Source of the DNA: a bacterium
Lineage (GTDB): Bacteria > RBG-13-61-14 > DATKZS01
Assembly (NCBI GenBank): GCA_963674965.2
Contig: CAXXFL010000007.1
Span: forward strand, 928,001-992,000
Direction of reading: 5' to 3'
Length of the DNA: 64,000 bases
A program made the position numbers and the translations under genes. The notes under the pieces were generated by a model. It worked only from the letters and a program-made list of their open reading frames with translations, made no database searches and had not been told where the DNA came from. Positions 48,129 to 57,098 of this stretch are shown here, piece after piece. Every line of letters begins with the position of its first letter. Positions within the stretch are counted from its first letter, which is position 1.

Positions 48129-49928
48129 CTAGCGGCCCCCGCGCGAGTCGTCCCCCCCGGCGTAATCCACGTACTCGCTCACGCGAGATATCACTTCCTC
48201 CTTGAAGCGGGGATTGTCGATCCTGATCGTCACCGCCTCGTTCGGGCAGTAGCGCTCGCACCTTCCGCAACCCCTGCACTGGCCGCTATGCACCGCCTTG
48301 CCGTCCTTTATCGAGATGGCCCCGAAGGCGCAGTACTCGACGCAGGTCCCGCATCCCCGGCAGGCGTCGGTCACCTCGACGGATATCCCCTCGATGGGGA
48401 CCATGATTTCGTTCAGCCGTTCCTCGGGCACGTGCTTCAGATAGCTCATCATGCAGCAGCAGTGACAGCAGAAGCACACGCTGAGGAGCCTGCTTTCGTC
48501 GGGCGTCAGGAAAATGAAGTTATCGACCCTGACCTTGCCCGTCATGGGCACGAGCCCGTTGGCCACGGCCTTCTTAACGTGCTCGTGGGCCTCTTCCACG
48601 CTCACGCGCCGGCTTATGCCCGGAGGCATCTGGAGGGCCGTGTCGCCCATGAAAAGGCAGCCTATCTCATGGTCGTGATGCTCGCACTTGAAGGCCAGCC
48701 GGCATCCGCAGGTGTTCATGATCACGTGATGCCTGGCCTTGTCGATGAACTCGTGGACAACCTCCTCGGGCATGACGGCGTTCTCGACCTGGCCCAGCTC
48801 GGCGTTGATGGGCAGATAAGTCATCGAGTTCTTCCTCGGGTCCATCCAGGGATGGAGGTCCCGGATGACGGGGACCTTGGCCAGCATGAAATTGTACTCG
48901 AGGTACTTAAGGCCCGGGACCATATAGGGCCCCCTCACGTACAGCCAGCTTAAAAAGGCGTCGATGGCCCTTCTCGCCCCGGACCTTCGTTCCTGGCCCT
49001 GTTTCGATTTCACGAAGTCCATGTAGGTTTCCTCCGACCCATGGCGCGGAACCCATCCGGCGGCCGTCTTGAACTTGTCGCAGTTGGCGAAGGTGGTGTA
49101 CTCGCTCAGGCTGACCCACCCCTGGCTCACCTTTTCCAGCCTCAGGGCGAACAGGAGGTTGGCCGCCGCCTTGAGCAGTCCCGCGGGCAGGGGGATGAGC
49201 CTGGCGCCCGAGGCGGAGAAGGCCCACTTAGTGGAGATGGCGTCGTCCGCTCCCACGTTGTAAACGCCGGGCAGGTCCTTTTTAAAGGCCAGGTAAAGCG
49301 CCCGGGCCAGGTCTTCCTCATGGATAAGCTGGAGGTGCGGGCTTCTTCCGGCCGGAAAAATCTGGTACTTCCGCGACCAAAGCTCGGAGAAAAGGTTGTC
49401 GATGTTGGGACCGGCCAAAAGGGCCGCCCTGATAACGGTGACCGTCATCTCGGGATGGTTCTTCGCGAAATCGCTGATTATTCCCTCGACCTCGACCTTG
49501 CTCGAGGCGTAGTAGCTGTCCTTGTTGCCTTGTAAGGGACGGTCCTCCTTTAGGCCCAGAGGGTTGTGCTCGTGAACGCCATAGGCCGTTATGCTGCTGG
49601 TGTAGATCACCTTCTTCACCCCGGCGCGGGCGGCGCTCTCGAAGGCGTTTTTCGACCCGTTGACGTTGACGTCCCGCGTTTCCTTCTTGTCGTGTATCTC
49701 GCGCACCACGAAGGCCAGATGATACAGCGCGTCAACGCCACCCAGGATTTTCTCCAGGTCCTTGCTCCGCGCGTCCATCTTGTGAAACTCGACCTTGTCC
49801 GGGCCGCCCCGCCAGGGCGTAACGTCGATTCCCACGATCTTGTCGACCTCCGGGTCGGCCGCCAGAAGCGGAAGCACGACGCCCGCGAAGTAACTGTTAA
49901 CGCCGGTTATGGCCACCGTTTTTCCCAT
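48129..49928 (-). CDS. NAD-dependent epimerase/dehydratase (extended SDR) fused to a Cys-rich 4Fe-4S domain
   Basis: ITGVNSYFA, HLAF, TSS, YASSK; C-terminal CGCR...CFCCHCCC and two ferredoxin motifs. Confidence 0.82.
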   Translation of the reverse strand: MGKTVAITGVNSYFAGVVLPLLAADPEVDKIVGIDVTPWRGGPDKVEFHKMDARSKDLEKILGGVDALYHLAFVVREIHDKKETRDVNVNGSKNAFESAARAGVKKVIYTSSITAYGVHEHNPLGLKEDRPLQGNKDSYYASSKVEVEGIISDFAKNHPEMTVTVIRAALLAGPNIDNLFSELWSRKYQIFPAGRSPHLQLIHEEDLARALYLAFKKDLPGVYNVGADDAISTKWAFSASGARLIPLPAGLLKAAANLLFALRLEKVSQGWVSLSEYTTFANCDKFKTAAGWVPRHGSEETYMDFVKSKQGQERRSGARRAIDAFLSWLYVRGPYMVPGLKYLEYNFMLAKVPVIRDLHPWMDPRKNSMTYLPINAELGQVENAVMPEEVVHEFIDKARHHVIMNTCGCRLAFKCEHHDHEIGCLFMGDTALQMPPGISRRVSVEEAHEHVKKAVANGLVPMTGKVRVDNFIFLTPDESRLLSVCFCCHCCCMMSYLKHVPEERLNEIMVPIEGISVEVTDACRGCGTCVEYCAFGAISIKDGKAVHSGQCRGCGRCERYCPNEAVTIRIDNPRFKEEVISRVSEYVDYAGGDDSRGGR

Positions 49929-49967
49929 GATTGCCTCCGTCGCCCCGTTGTCCTGGACCGTCCGCCG

Positions 49968-51338
49968 CTACTTCTCGTAGGTCTTTTCCAGGAACTGCGT
50001 TTTTTTCGTCGCCCGCTCGAGGGAGTTGGGCCTTAGCCACTCGATGGCGGGCCGGATTTTCAGCAGCTTGTGCATTTTTTCCGACAGCTCCCTCTCGAGG
50101 CCGGCAAGGTCGCCCTCCCTGACCGACTCGGAGAACTCGATCTTGAGCTTCAAGGGCGGCACGACCCGGGGAGGCGGCTCGTCCAGCACGATCCTGAAGG
50201 CCCCCGTAAGCTTCTCGGGAAAGGAGTGTATGACTCCCTCGATGGCCGCCGGATAAACGGGAACGCCCTTGACCTTCAGCATGTCGTCCGCCCGGCCGAC
50301 GATTTTATAGCGGAAACCCGAGGCCCCGCAGGGACAGGGCTCGGTGAATACCTGGTGGATGTCCATCATGGTGAAGCGGAGATCGAACCATACCGCCGCC
50401 GGCGGGTTGAGCGAGGTCCCCACCATAACGCCGGTGGCCCCGTGCTCGAGGGGAACGGGCTTTTTCGTCTCCGGGTCGATCAGCTCGTAATAGGCCTTGT
50501 CGTCGGCTATCCAGTGCATGCCCTGGTAGACGGGATGGTCGCAGGAGCACCCATAGCCGCCGCCCAGGTCGAAGACCTTGGCCCCGTACTCGGTCTCGAG
50601 TTTTTCCCTTACCTCGGGGATGCCGGCCCCCGGCTCGGCGCCGAGCATCAGTATCTTGATGCCCAGGCTTTTCACCGGCTCGTTCATCACCTCGGGACAG
50701 CGCTCGATGAGATGGAGCGCGAGGGAGGGCGTGCCCGTGAAGACGTTGACCTTGAACATCTTGATGAACTGGAGCATCTTCTCGGTCCCGGCCTCGGCCC
50801 CGATGGGAATGACGGTAATGCCGGGGAAATTGCGCCACCACAGAATCTGGGGCGTGCCGGCGGCGTGCATGGAAAGGCCGAAACAAAGGCCGATGCGGTC
50901 GCCCGGCCGGATGCCCAGACGCCACGCCGCCCGGCTCATGATCTCCTGGGCGTCGTCCAGGGCGGCCCCGAAATTAGGATATGGCGTGGGTATGCCCGTC
51001 GTGCCCGAGGTCGTCGTCAGAAGGTAAAGGTCCTTGACCCGACTCTCGCCGAAAAGGTGAAGCATCAGCTTCTCCATGTCAAGGCCGACCTTGCCGATGA
51101 CCTCCCTGATCTCCGCCTGGCCAACGACCGGAATCTTGGACGCGAAATCGCCGAAGTCCTTGACGTCGCCCGGCTTGACGCCCGCCTCGTCCATCCTCTC
51201 GCGGTGAAGAGGAGTGTTCTCGTATTGCCAGACCAGCGCCTTTTTCAGCCTCTCGAGCTGAAGCTCGCGCATCTCGGGCGTGTTGAACCTGGGTTCGACC
51301 TCCATGTTCCAGTACTTGCGTTCCAAATCCATGGCCAT
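49968..51338 (-). CDS. Phenylacetate-CoA ligase family (PaaK-like)
   Basis: TTSGTTGIP, GAEPG, GRADDMLKVKGVPVYP. Confidence 0.88.
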   Translation of the reverse strand: MAMDLERKYWNMEVEPRFNTPEMRELQLERLKKALVWQYENTPLHRERMDEAGVKPGDVKDFGDFASKIPVVGQAEIREVIGKVGLDMEKLMLHLFGESRVKDLYLLTTTSGTTGIPTPYPNFGAALDDAQEIMSRAAWRLGIRPGDRIGLCFGLSMHAAGTPQILWWRNFPGITVIPIGAEAGTEKMLQFIKMFKVNVFTGTPSLALHLIERCPEVMNEPVKSLGIKILMLGAEPGAGIPEVREKLETEYGAKVFDLGGGYGCSCDHPVYQGMHWIADDKAYYELIDPETKKPVPLEHGATGVMVGTSLNPPAAVWFDLRFTMMDIHQVFTEPCPCGASGFRYKIVGRADDMLKVKGVPVYPAAIEGVIHSFPEKLTGAFRIVLDEPPPRVVPPLKLKIEFSESVREGDLAGLERELSEKMHKLLKIRPAIEWLRPNSLERATKKTQFLEKTYEK

Positions 51339-51353
51339 GCTCCTCTTCCGTCC

Positions 51354-52577
51354 TTATTTTTTCAACACGTGGATCGCCATCGCCGCCGCGTCCACCCCCA
51401 GCACCCCGCCGCCGTTATGGGTCATGCCAACCCTGGGAGACTTGACCTGGCGCTTGCCGGCCCTGCCCCTTAGCTGCTCGACCACCTCGTGGACCTGTCC
51501 CAGTCCGGTGGCGCCGATGGGATGTCCCTTCGAGGCCAGGCCCCCCGAGGTGTTGGAGGGCATGGTCCCGCCGATTTCCATGCGTCCCTCGTCTATCCAT
51601 CTGGGCGAGTCCTCGCCCGGGCATATGCCCAGCTCGATAAGGGTGATGATCTCCGAGGGGGAGGTCGCGTCGTGGACCTCGATAAGGTCCAGGTCCTCCG
51701 GGCCTATGCCCGCCTCCTCGAAGGCCCGCTTGCCCAGCCGCTTGGTCAGGGTGTCCTCGAGGCCCCCCGAGGGCTTGCCGCTGCCGACCACCGACGAGGC
51801 GATCCAGACGGGGTCCGCACCCAGCTTGGCCGCCTTTTCCTTGCTGCAAACCACCGCGGCCGCCGAGCCGTCTCCAATGGGCGAGCACATCATCCGGGTA
51901 AGGGGCCAGGAAACGTCGCCCGACTCCAGCACCTCCTCCACGGTCACTTCCTTCTGGTACTGGGCGTAGGGGTTGTGGGCCCCGTTCTTGTGACTCTTGA
52001 CGGAAATCTTGGCGAAGTGCTCCTGGTTAAGGCCGTATTTCTCCATGTACATCTTGGTATAATAGGCGTACATGTCCATGAACACGCTCCGCTTTTCGCC
52101 GCTTCCCTCCTTGAGTATCTTCTCGCCCGAGGGCCGGCTCTTCTCGAACTCCTTGAGGAAGAGCTTGAACACGTCAACGTCAACCGCCGTGCCCAGGGCC
52201 TTGAAGGACTTCTTCCGGTCCTCGTCGTAGAGCTTCTCGAAGCCCACCACCAGGGCCAGGTCGTAAAGACCGGCGCCCACGGCGGTCCAGGCGAGATGAA
52301 GAGCGGTCGAGGAACTGGCGCAGGCGTTTTCCACGTTGTACATGGGAATGGCCTCGATGCCCATCGAGGTCAGCGTGACCTGGGCCTTGATCATCTCCTG
52401 GCCCGTCATGAGCCCGGGGACCGCGCTTCCCACGTAGGCGGCCTCCACGTCCTTTTTATCCACGCCGGCGTCTTTGATGGCCTTCTCCGAGGACTCCCTG
52501 ACCAGGTCCTTGATGGACTTGTCCAGAAGCTTTCCAAACCTGATCATACCAACGCCGATGATGGCAACGTCCCGCAT
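51354..52577 (-). CDS. Thiolase family protein (SCP2-type)
   Basis: VENACASS, CSPIGDG, EVHDA, SGGL.SKGHPIGATG; start set at MRDVAII. Confidence 0.9.
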   Translation of the reverse strand: MRDVAIIGVGMIRFGKLLDKSIKDLVRESSEKAIKDAGVDKKDVEAAYVGSAVPGLMTGQEMIKAQVTLTSMGIEAIPMYNVENACASSSTALHLAWTAVGAGLYDLALVVGFEKLYDEDRKKSFKALGTAVDVDVFKLFLKEFEKSRPSGEKILKEGSGEKRSVFMDMYAYYTKMYMEKYGLNQEHFAKISVKSHKNGAHNPYAQYQKEVTVEEVLESGDVSWPLTRMMCSPIGDGSAAAVVCSKEKAAKLGADPVWIASSVVGSGKPSGGLEDTLTKRLGKRAFEEAGIGPEDLDLIEVHDATSPSEIITLIELGICPGEDSPRWIDEGRMEIGGTMPSNTSGGLASKGHPIGATGLGQVHEVVEQLRGRAGKRQVKSPRVGMTHNGGGVLGVDAAAMAIHVLKK

Positions 52578-52885
52578 GAGATTCTCCCTTTTAGGTGGCC
52601 GGTCTTTTTTCTCCACCCGGCCACCTCACCGGATAATAATACAACTTGACCATGCAGTCAAGCATAAATATCACGCGTCGCCCCATTTTATTAGGTTTAA
52701 ATTGATTTTATTATAGTTAGTGACTGTATAGTTTTATCGCGCGTCCGGCCCGTTCCAAAGAATCGGCCGAGATTAAAAGTAAGAAAACGACCTTTCCTCC
52801 CGCCGGGCGGCTGGATATCACTCGCGCTTTCCTGTATATATTTAAAACGCCCTCTTGGCGCGACAACCACGGAAGGGGAGAAAAA

Positions 52886-54643
52886 ATGAAGAGAAATTAC
52901 GGGAACATAATCGGGCCGGCGGCTGCCGCCGTCCTCTTGGCCCTAGCCCTCGGCTGCTCGAAGAAGTCCGAGCTGAAACTCGAGCGGGTCAAGACCGACA
53001 AGAACGTCATGGTCGTCATGAGCGACGGCGTCGAGTTGGCCACGGACATATATTACCCGCCGGGGTTGGACAAGGCCCCCACCATCCTCGTTCGCACGCC
53101 CTACGGCAAAAGCCTCCAGATGGTGATGGGCAAAACCAACTTCGGCAAATACTACGCCAAGCGCGGCTACGTGGTGGTGGTGCAGGACGTAAGGGGCCGC
53201 GAGAAATCGGGAGGCGACTTCTACCCGTTCATACACGACGGCAAGGACGGGATGGAGACCATGGACTGGATAAGGTCCCAGCCCTGGTTCAACGGCAAGC
53301 TGGGCACCTACGGCCCGTCCTATTTGGGGACCACCCAATGGTTCGCGGCCCCGGGCCAGGATATCGACTGCATGTACCTGTCCGTGACCAGCCCCAACCT
53401 GAAGCGGGTGATCTACCGGGGCGGACAATTCAATCTCCTGACCGTTTACAACTGGGCCGTCATGATGGGAGACCATAAGGCCAACTTCGGCGTCATGGCG
53501 AAAATGTCCAGGTTCGACGATTACATGAGAACGCTTCCCCTGGACAAGGCCGACGACAAGGCCGGGGCCGACGTGTCCTATTTCAACGACGCCCTGGACG
53601 TGGACAAGATATTCGACCTTTACGATAAGGTGAACTTCGAGGACAAATACGACGACGTCCGCGCCCCGGCGGTAAGCCTCGGGGGCTGGTACGACATGTT
53701 TATCGGACCGCAGCTGGAGGACTTTCAGAGGCTCCGGGAGCAGGACGGTCCGGCCTCTAAGTCCGTGCTCATCGTGGGTCCCTGGGGCCATGGGATGGGC
53801 GGGGACGGCAGCGTGGATTACGGCGACGTCGGCGGCATGGGCAACATCCTCGGCTCGGAGCAAGCCGGGCAATGGATGGACTACTGGCTGAAGGGTGAAG
53901 ACGCGGGCGTCGAGAAATGGCCGCCGGTCAAGATATTCGTCATGGGCGAGAACGTCTGGCGGGAGGAAGAGGAATGGCCCCTGGCCCGGGCCAGGTATAC
54001 CAAGTATTACCTCCACTCGGGCGGGTCGGCGAACTCGCGAGACGGAGACGGCGTCCTGAGCGCCCAGCCCCCGGCGGCGGACGAGGCCCCGGACTCCTTC
54101 TCCTACGACCCCATGGACCCGGTCCCCACCAAGGGCGGCAACAACCTGATTACGAACCTGGGCGCCCATGACCAGGCGAAGATCGAGGACAGGGACGACG
54201 TGCTCTGCTATACCACGCCCGAGCTCGAGACGGACCTCGAGGTGACCGGACCCATCTCCGCGGTCATCTACGCGGCCTCCGACGCGAAGGACACGGACTT
54301 CACGGTCAAGCTGGTGGACGTCCATCCCGACGGCAAGGCCATTAATATTCAGGACGGCGTCGTCCGGGCCATGTACAGGGACAACGACCCGGCGGCGCCG
54401 ACACCCCTCACGCCGGGCGAGGTCGAGGAATATCGCGTCGACCTCTGGGCCACCTCGAACCTGTTCAAGGCCGGGCACCGGATCAGGGTCGAGGTCTCGA
54501 GCTCGAATTTCCCCCGCTATAACCGGAACCTCAACACGGGAGAGTCGCCGGTGGGGGCCGTGGACCACGTGGTGGCTAATCAGACCATCCATCATGACGC
54601 CGAAAGTCCCTCCCACGTCCTTCTTCCCATTATTCCCCGGTGA
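52886..54643 (+). CDS. CocE/NonD-family serine hydrolase, lipoprotein
   Basis: Lipobox LALGC; RTPY, QDVRGR, GPSYLG, GWYD, GPWGH, SSNFPRY.RN. Confidence 0.92.
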   Translation: MKRNYGNIIGPAAAAVLLALALGCSKKSELKLERVKTDKNVMVVMSDGVELATDIYYPPGLDKAPTILVRTPYGKSLQMVMGKTNFGKYYAKRGYVVVVQDVRGREKSGGDFYPFIHDGKDGMETMDWIRSQPWFNGKLGTYGPSYLGTTQWFAAPGQDIDCMYLSVTSPNLKRVIYRGGQFNLLTVYNWAVMMGDHKANFGVMAKMSRFDDYMRTLPLDKADDKAGADVSYFNDALDVDKIFDLYDKVNFEDKYDDVRAPAVSLGGWYDMFIGPQLEDFQRLREQDGPASKSVLIVGPWGHGMGGDGSVDYGDVGGMGNILGSEQAGQWMDYWLKGEDAGVEKWPPVKIFVMGENVWREEEEWPLARARYTKYYLHSGGSANSRDGDGVLSAQPPAADEAPDSFSYDPMDPVPTKGGNNLITNLGAHDQAKIEDRDDVLCYTTPELETDLEVTGPISAVIYAASDAKDTDFTVKLVDVHPDGKAINIQDGVVRAMYRDNDPAAPTPLTPGEVEEYRVDLWATSNLFKAGHRIRVEVSSSNFPRYNRNLNTGESPVGAVDHVVANQTIHHDAESPSHVLLPIIPR

Positions 54644-54658
54644 AGACTCCGGGATGAG

Positions 54659-54695
54659 CAAAGCCCCGGTCTCGACTTGAGCCGGGGCTTTTTTT
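54659..54695. terminator. Bidirectional intrinsic terminator
   Basis: AAAAGCCCCGG...CCGGGGCTTTTTT. Confidence 0.75.
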
Positions 54696-54712
54696 CGCGG
54701 CGCGGGGCCCGA

Positions 54713-55618
54713 TTATCTTTTTCTGATACCCTCGACGATCAGCTCGAACATGGCGTTCTCGACCTCCGGGGAGGACAGGCCCTTGTCCACGCCCTGCAAA
54801 AAGGGCAGACTCTCGACCGCCTCGATCATCATCTGAGCCACCACCTTGACCTGGACGGGACGGATAATACCCAGGGCCACGCCTTTCTCGATATCCGACT
54901 CCAGGGGCGAGCGGATGGAAAGTAGTATGTCCTCCCCCATTTTCTGGAGCTTGGGATCGGGGTCGTCCATGGCCTCCTTGCTGAGCTGCACGATGGCGCG
55001 AAACTGCGGGAGGAAGGGAAGGACCGTCCTCGCACGAAGCTCGAGACGGCCCAGGGGATCGGTCTCCTTCCTGATCTTCTCCCAGCCGGTCGTGAAAAGA
55101 CGGCTGAAAATCCGGGGCACGGCCTCCAGGAACAACTCCTTTTTATCGGTGAAATAAAAATAGAACGTGCCCTTGCCGATGCCCAGTATCCTGGTCACGT
55201 CGCTGACCTTGACCTCCTTGTACCCCTTCTCGAGGAAAAGCTCGCAACCCAGCTCGACGATGGCCTCCCTCGTCCTTTTGCCCCTCTCCTTGCGCGGCAA
55301 ACGGGACCCGCCGCCCCCGCCCTTGCCGCGACCGGGCTTTATCGCTCCAGCGGCCGCCCGGCCGAAGGCCATGGGGTCCTTTTCCTCGATGGACGCTATT
55401 TCCTCCCGGATGGAAAAAAGAGGACCGCCTTTTTCCTTGGCCCGAGCTATATACCTCAGCTTGGCCACGTGACCCTCGTCGTAATAGGCCATGGTCTTGC
55501 CCGTTTTATAGGGCGGATGAAGCAGTTCCTCCTGCACGTAGAAATGGACCGTGCGCCTCGGAACGCCCGTTATTTTTTCAAGCTCGGCTATCTTATACCA
55601 CTTGATTCTCGTGGCCAC
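54713..55618 (-). CDS. MerR-HTH and TetR fusion regulator
   Basis: KIAELEKITGVPRRTVHFY..KTGKTMAYYD, then ELFLEKGY..V.DV...GIGKGTFYFYF.DK.EL; GTG start after AAGGAG. Confidence 0.88.
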   Translation of the reverse strand: MATRIKWYKIAELEKITGVPRRTVHFYVQEELLHPPYKTGKTMAYYDEGHVAKLRYIARAKEKGGPLFSIREEIASIEEKDPMAFGRAAAGAIKPGRGKGGGGGSRLPRKERGKRTREAIVELGCELFLEKGYKEVKVSDVTRILGIGKGTFYFYFTDKKELFLEAVPRIFSRLFTTGWEKIRKETDPLGRLELRARTVLPFLPQFRAIVQLSKEAMDDPDPKLQKMGEDILLSIRSPLESDIEKGVALGIIRPVQVKVVAQMMIEAVESLPFLQGVDKGLSSPEVENAMFELIVEGIRKR

Positions 55619-55881
55619 TCGTTCTTCTCCTTTTTTTCTCCATTGCTTCCGGCAAATATAATTACCTAGCAACTATACAGGACTACGGCCTTAACATCAA
55701 GCCAAATCGGCTATAGATTTCACGATACCCTCTTATCGTGGGAGGAGTCCAGTTAATTTCCCGCGTTGATTTCCACCCGCGCCAATTTTTTTTGTTGACG
55801 GATGGGTCTATAATATAGTAAGTTCTTCGCTTGCGTCACCGACCTCCAGGAGGGGCAAACAACTCGCCTTGGGAGGCCGCC

Positions 55882-56919
55882 ATGTTTCTGGAAAAATACA
55901 GACTGATGAGCAACCCTCCGGCGCGCTTCGCCCGGTTCGTGGTGGACGGGGAAAAATGCACGGGATGCGGAAGATGCGTCGAGGCCTGCCCCATGCAGAT
56001 ACTCGGCCTCATCGGCGACTTGCCCGGTCCCAACGAGCGCTACGACTTCTTCCGATGCATCACCTGCCAGAACTGCCGGGCCAGTTGTCCGCAGGACGCC
56101 ATCGTCATCGAGGGCGACTACAGGATAGACCGGGGCTTCTGGAAAAACTCGCACCTGTTCGAGGGCGGCAAAACTCCGCCGCGTCCTTTCGAGGACCGGG
56201 ACCGGACGCCCTTTGAAGAGTACGAGAACGAGTTGACCGAGACGGAAAGGGTGATTTTGAAAAGAAGGAGCGTCAGGCTTTACAAAAAAAAGCCCGTGGA
56301 GCGCGAAAAGCTGATAAGGATCATCGAGGCGGGCAGGTTCGCCCCCTCCGCCGGCAACAACCAGCCCTGGAAGTTCATCGTTATAACCGACAAGGAAGTC
56401 ATCGACGATATAAACCGAAAATGCAAGAAGTCCCTCCGTCTCATGCCCTGGCTGACCATGCCCGGAGAGTGGCTGGACAAAAAGACCCCTGGGGACAAGA
56501 ACGCCCGCCTTCGTTGGTGGCAACGAATCCTGCTTCCCGTCCTTTGCCGTTTCAAGACGGGCGACGTCGAGCCGAGAGTGAGGGGAGGGATCAACACGGT
56601 TTCCAGCGACCCGGAGTACCACACCTTTTTCGACGCTCCCGTCCTGATCATCCTTTTGGCCGACAAGCGGGGCATCGGCAGCGTGCATCTGGACACCGGC
56701 ATCTGCGGCCAGAACATGGTCCTGGCGGCTCACGCCATGGGGCTGGGCACGTGCTACGTGAGCCTGATAAGGGGGCTGACGGTATATCCGGACACGCTCA
56801 GGAAGCTGGGCGTCACGGACCCCTTCACCATCATCACCTCCATCGCCGTTGGGTATCCAAAGGGGAGGGTCGACAAGGTGGTGGACAGGGAAAGGGCGAG
56901 GGTTAAGTGGATCGAGTAG
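55882..56919 (+). CDS. Nitroreductase with N-terminal 2x4Fe-4S domain
   Basis: CTGCGRCVEACP, CITCQNCRASCP, RRSVR, APSAGNNQPW, LAAHAMGLGTC. Confidence 0.9.
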   Translation: MFLEKYRLMSNPPARFARFVVDGEKCTGCGRCVEACPMQILGLIGDLPGPNERYDFFRCITCQNCRASCPQDAIVIEGDYRIDRGFWKNSHLFEGGKTPPRPFEDRDRTPFEEYENELTETERVILKRRSVRLYKKKPVEREKLIRIIEAGRFAPSAGNNQPWKFIVITDKEVIDDINRKCKKSLRLMPWLTMPGEWLDKKTPGDKNARLRWWQRILLPVLCRFKTGDVEPRVRGGINTVSSDPEYHTFFDAPVLIILLADKRGIGSVHLDTGICGQNMVLAAHAMGLGTCYVSLIRGLTVYPDTLRKLGVTDPFTIITSIAVGYPKGRVDKVVDRERARVKWIE

Positions 56920-57098
56920 CGCGTCCTTTCCCTCCGCCGTCCCACCCATAAACTCGGCGGCTTCGGTCCCCCCGCCGTGGAAAAGCCAACTCATGTGTGA
57001 TAGCTTGATCGTTGCCGCGCCGCTCATGCGGCGAACGCGGCTTTATCGCGAGCCCGGCTGACGGCCGGCCCCATAATCAGCGCGGAGGAAAACGCCAC

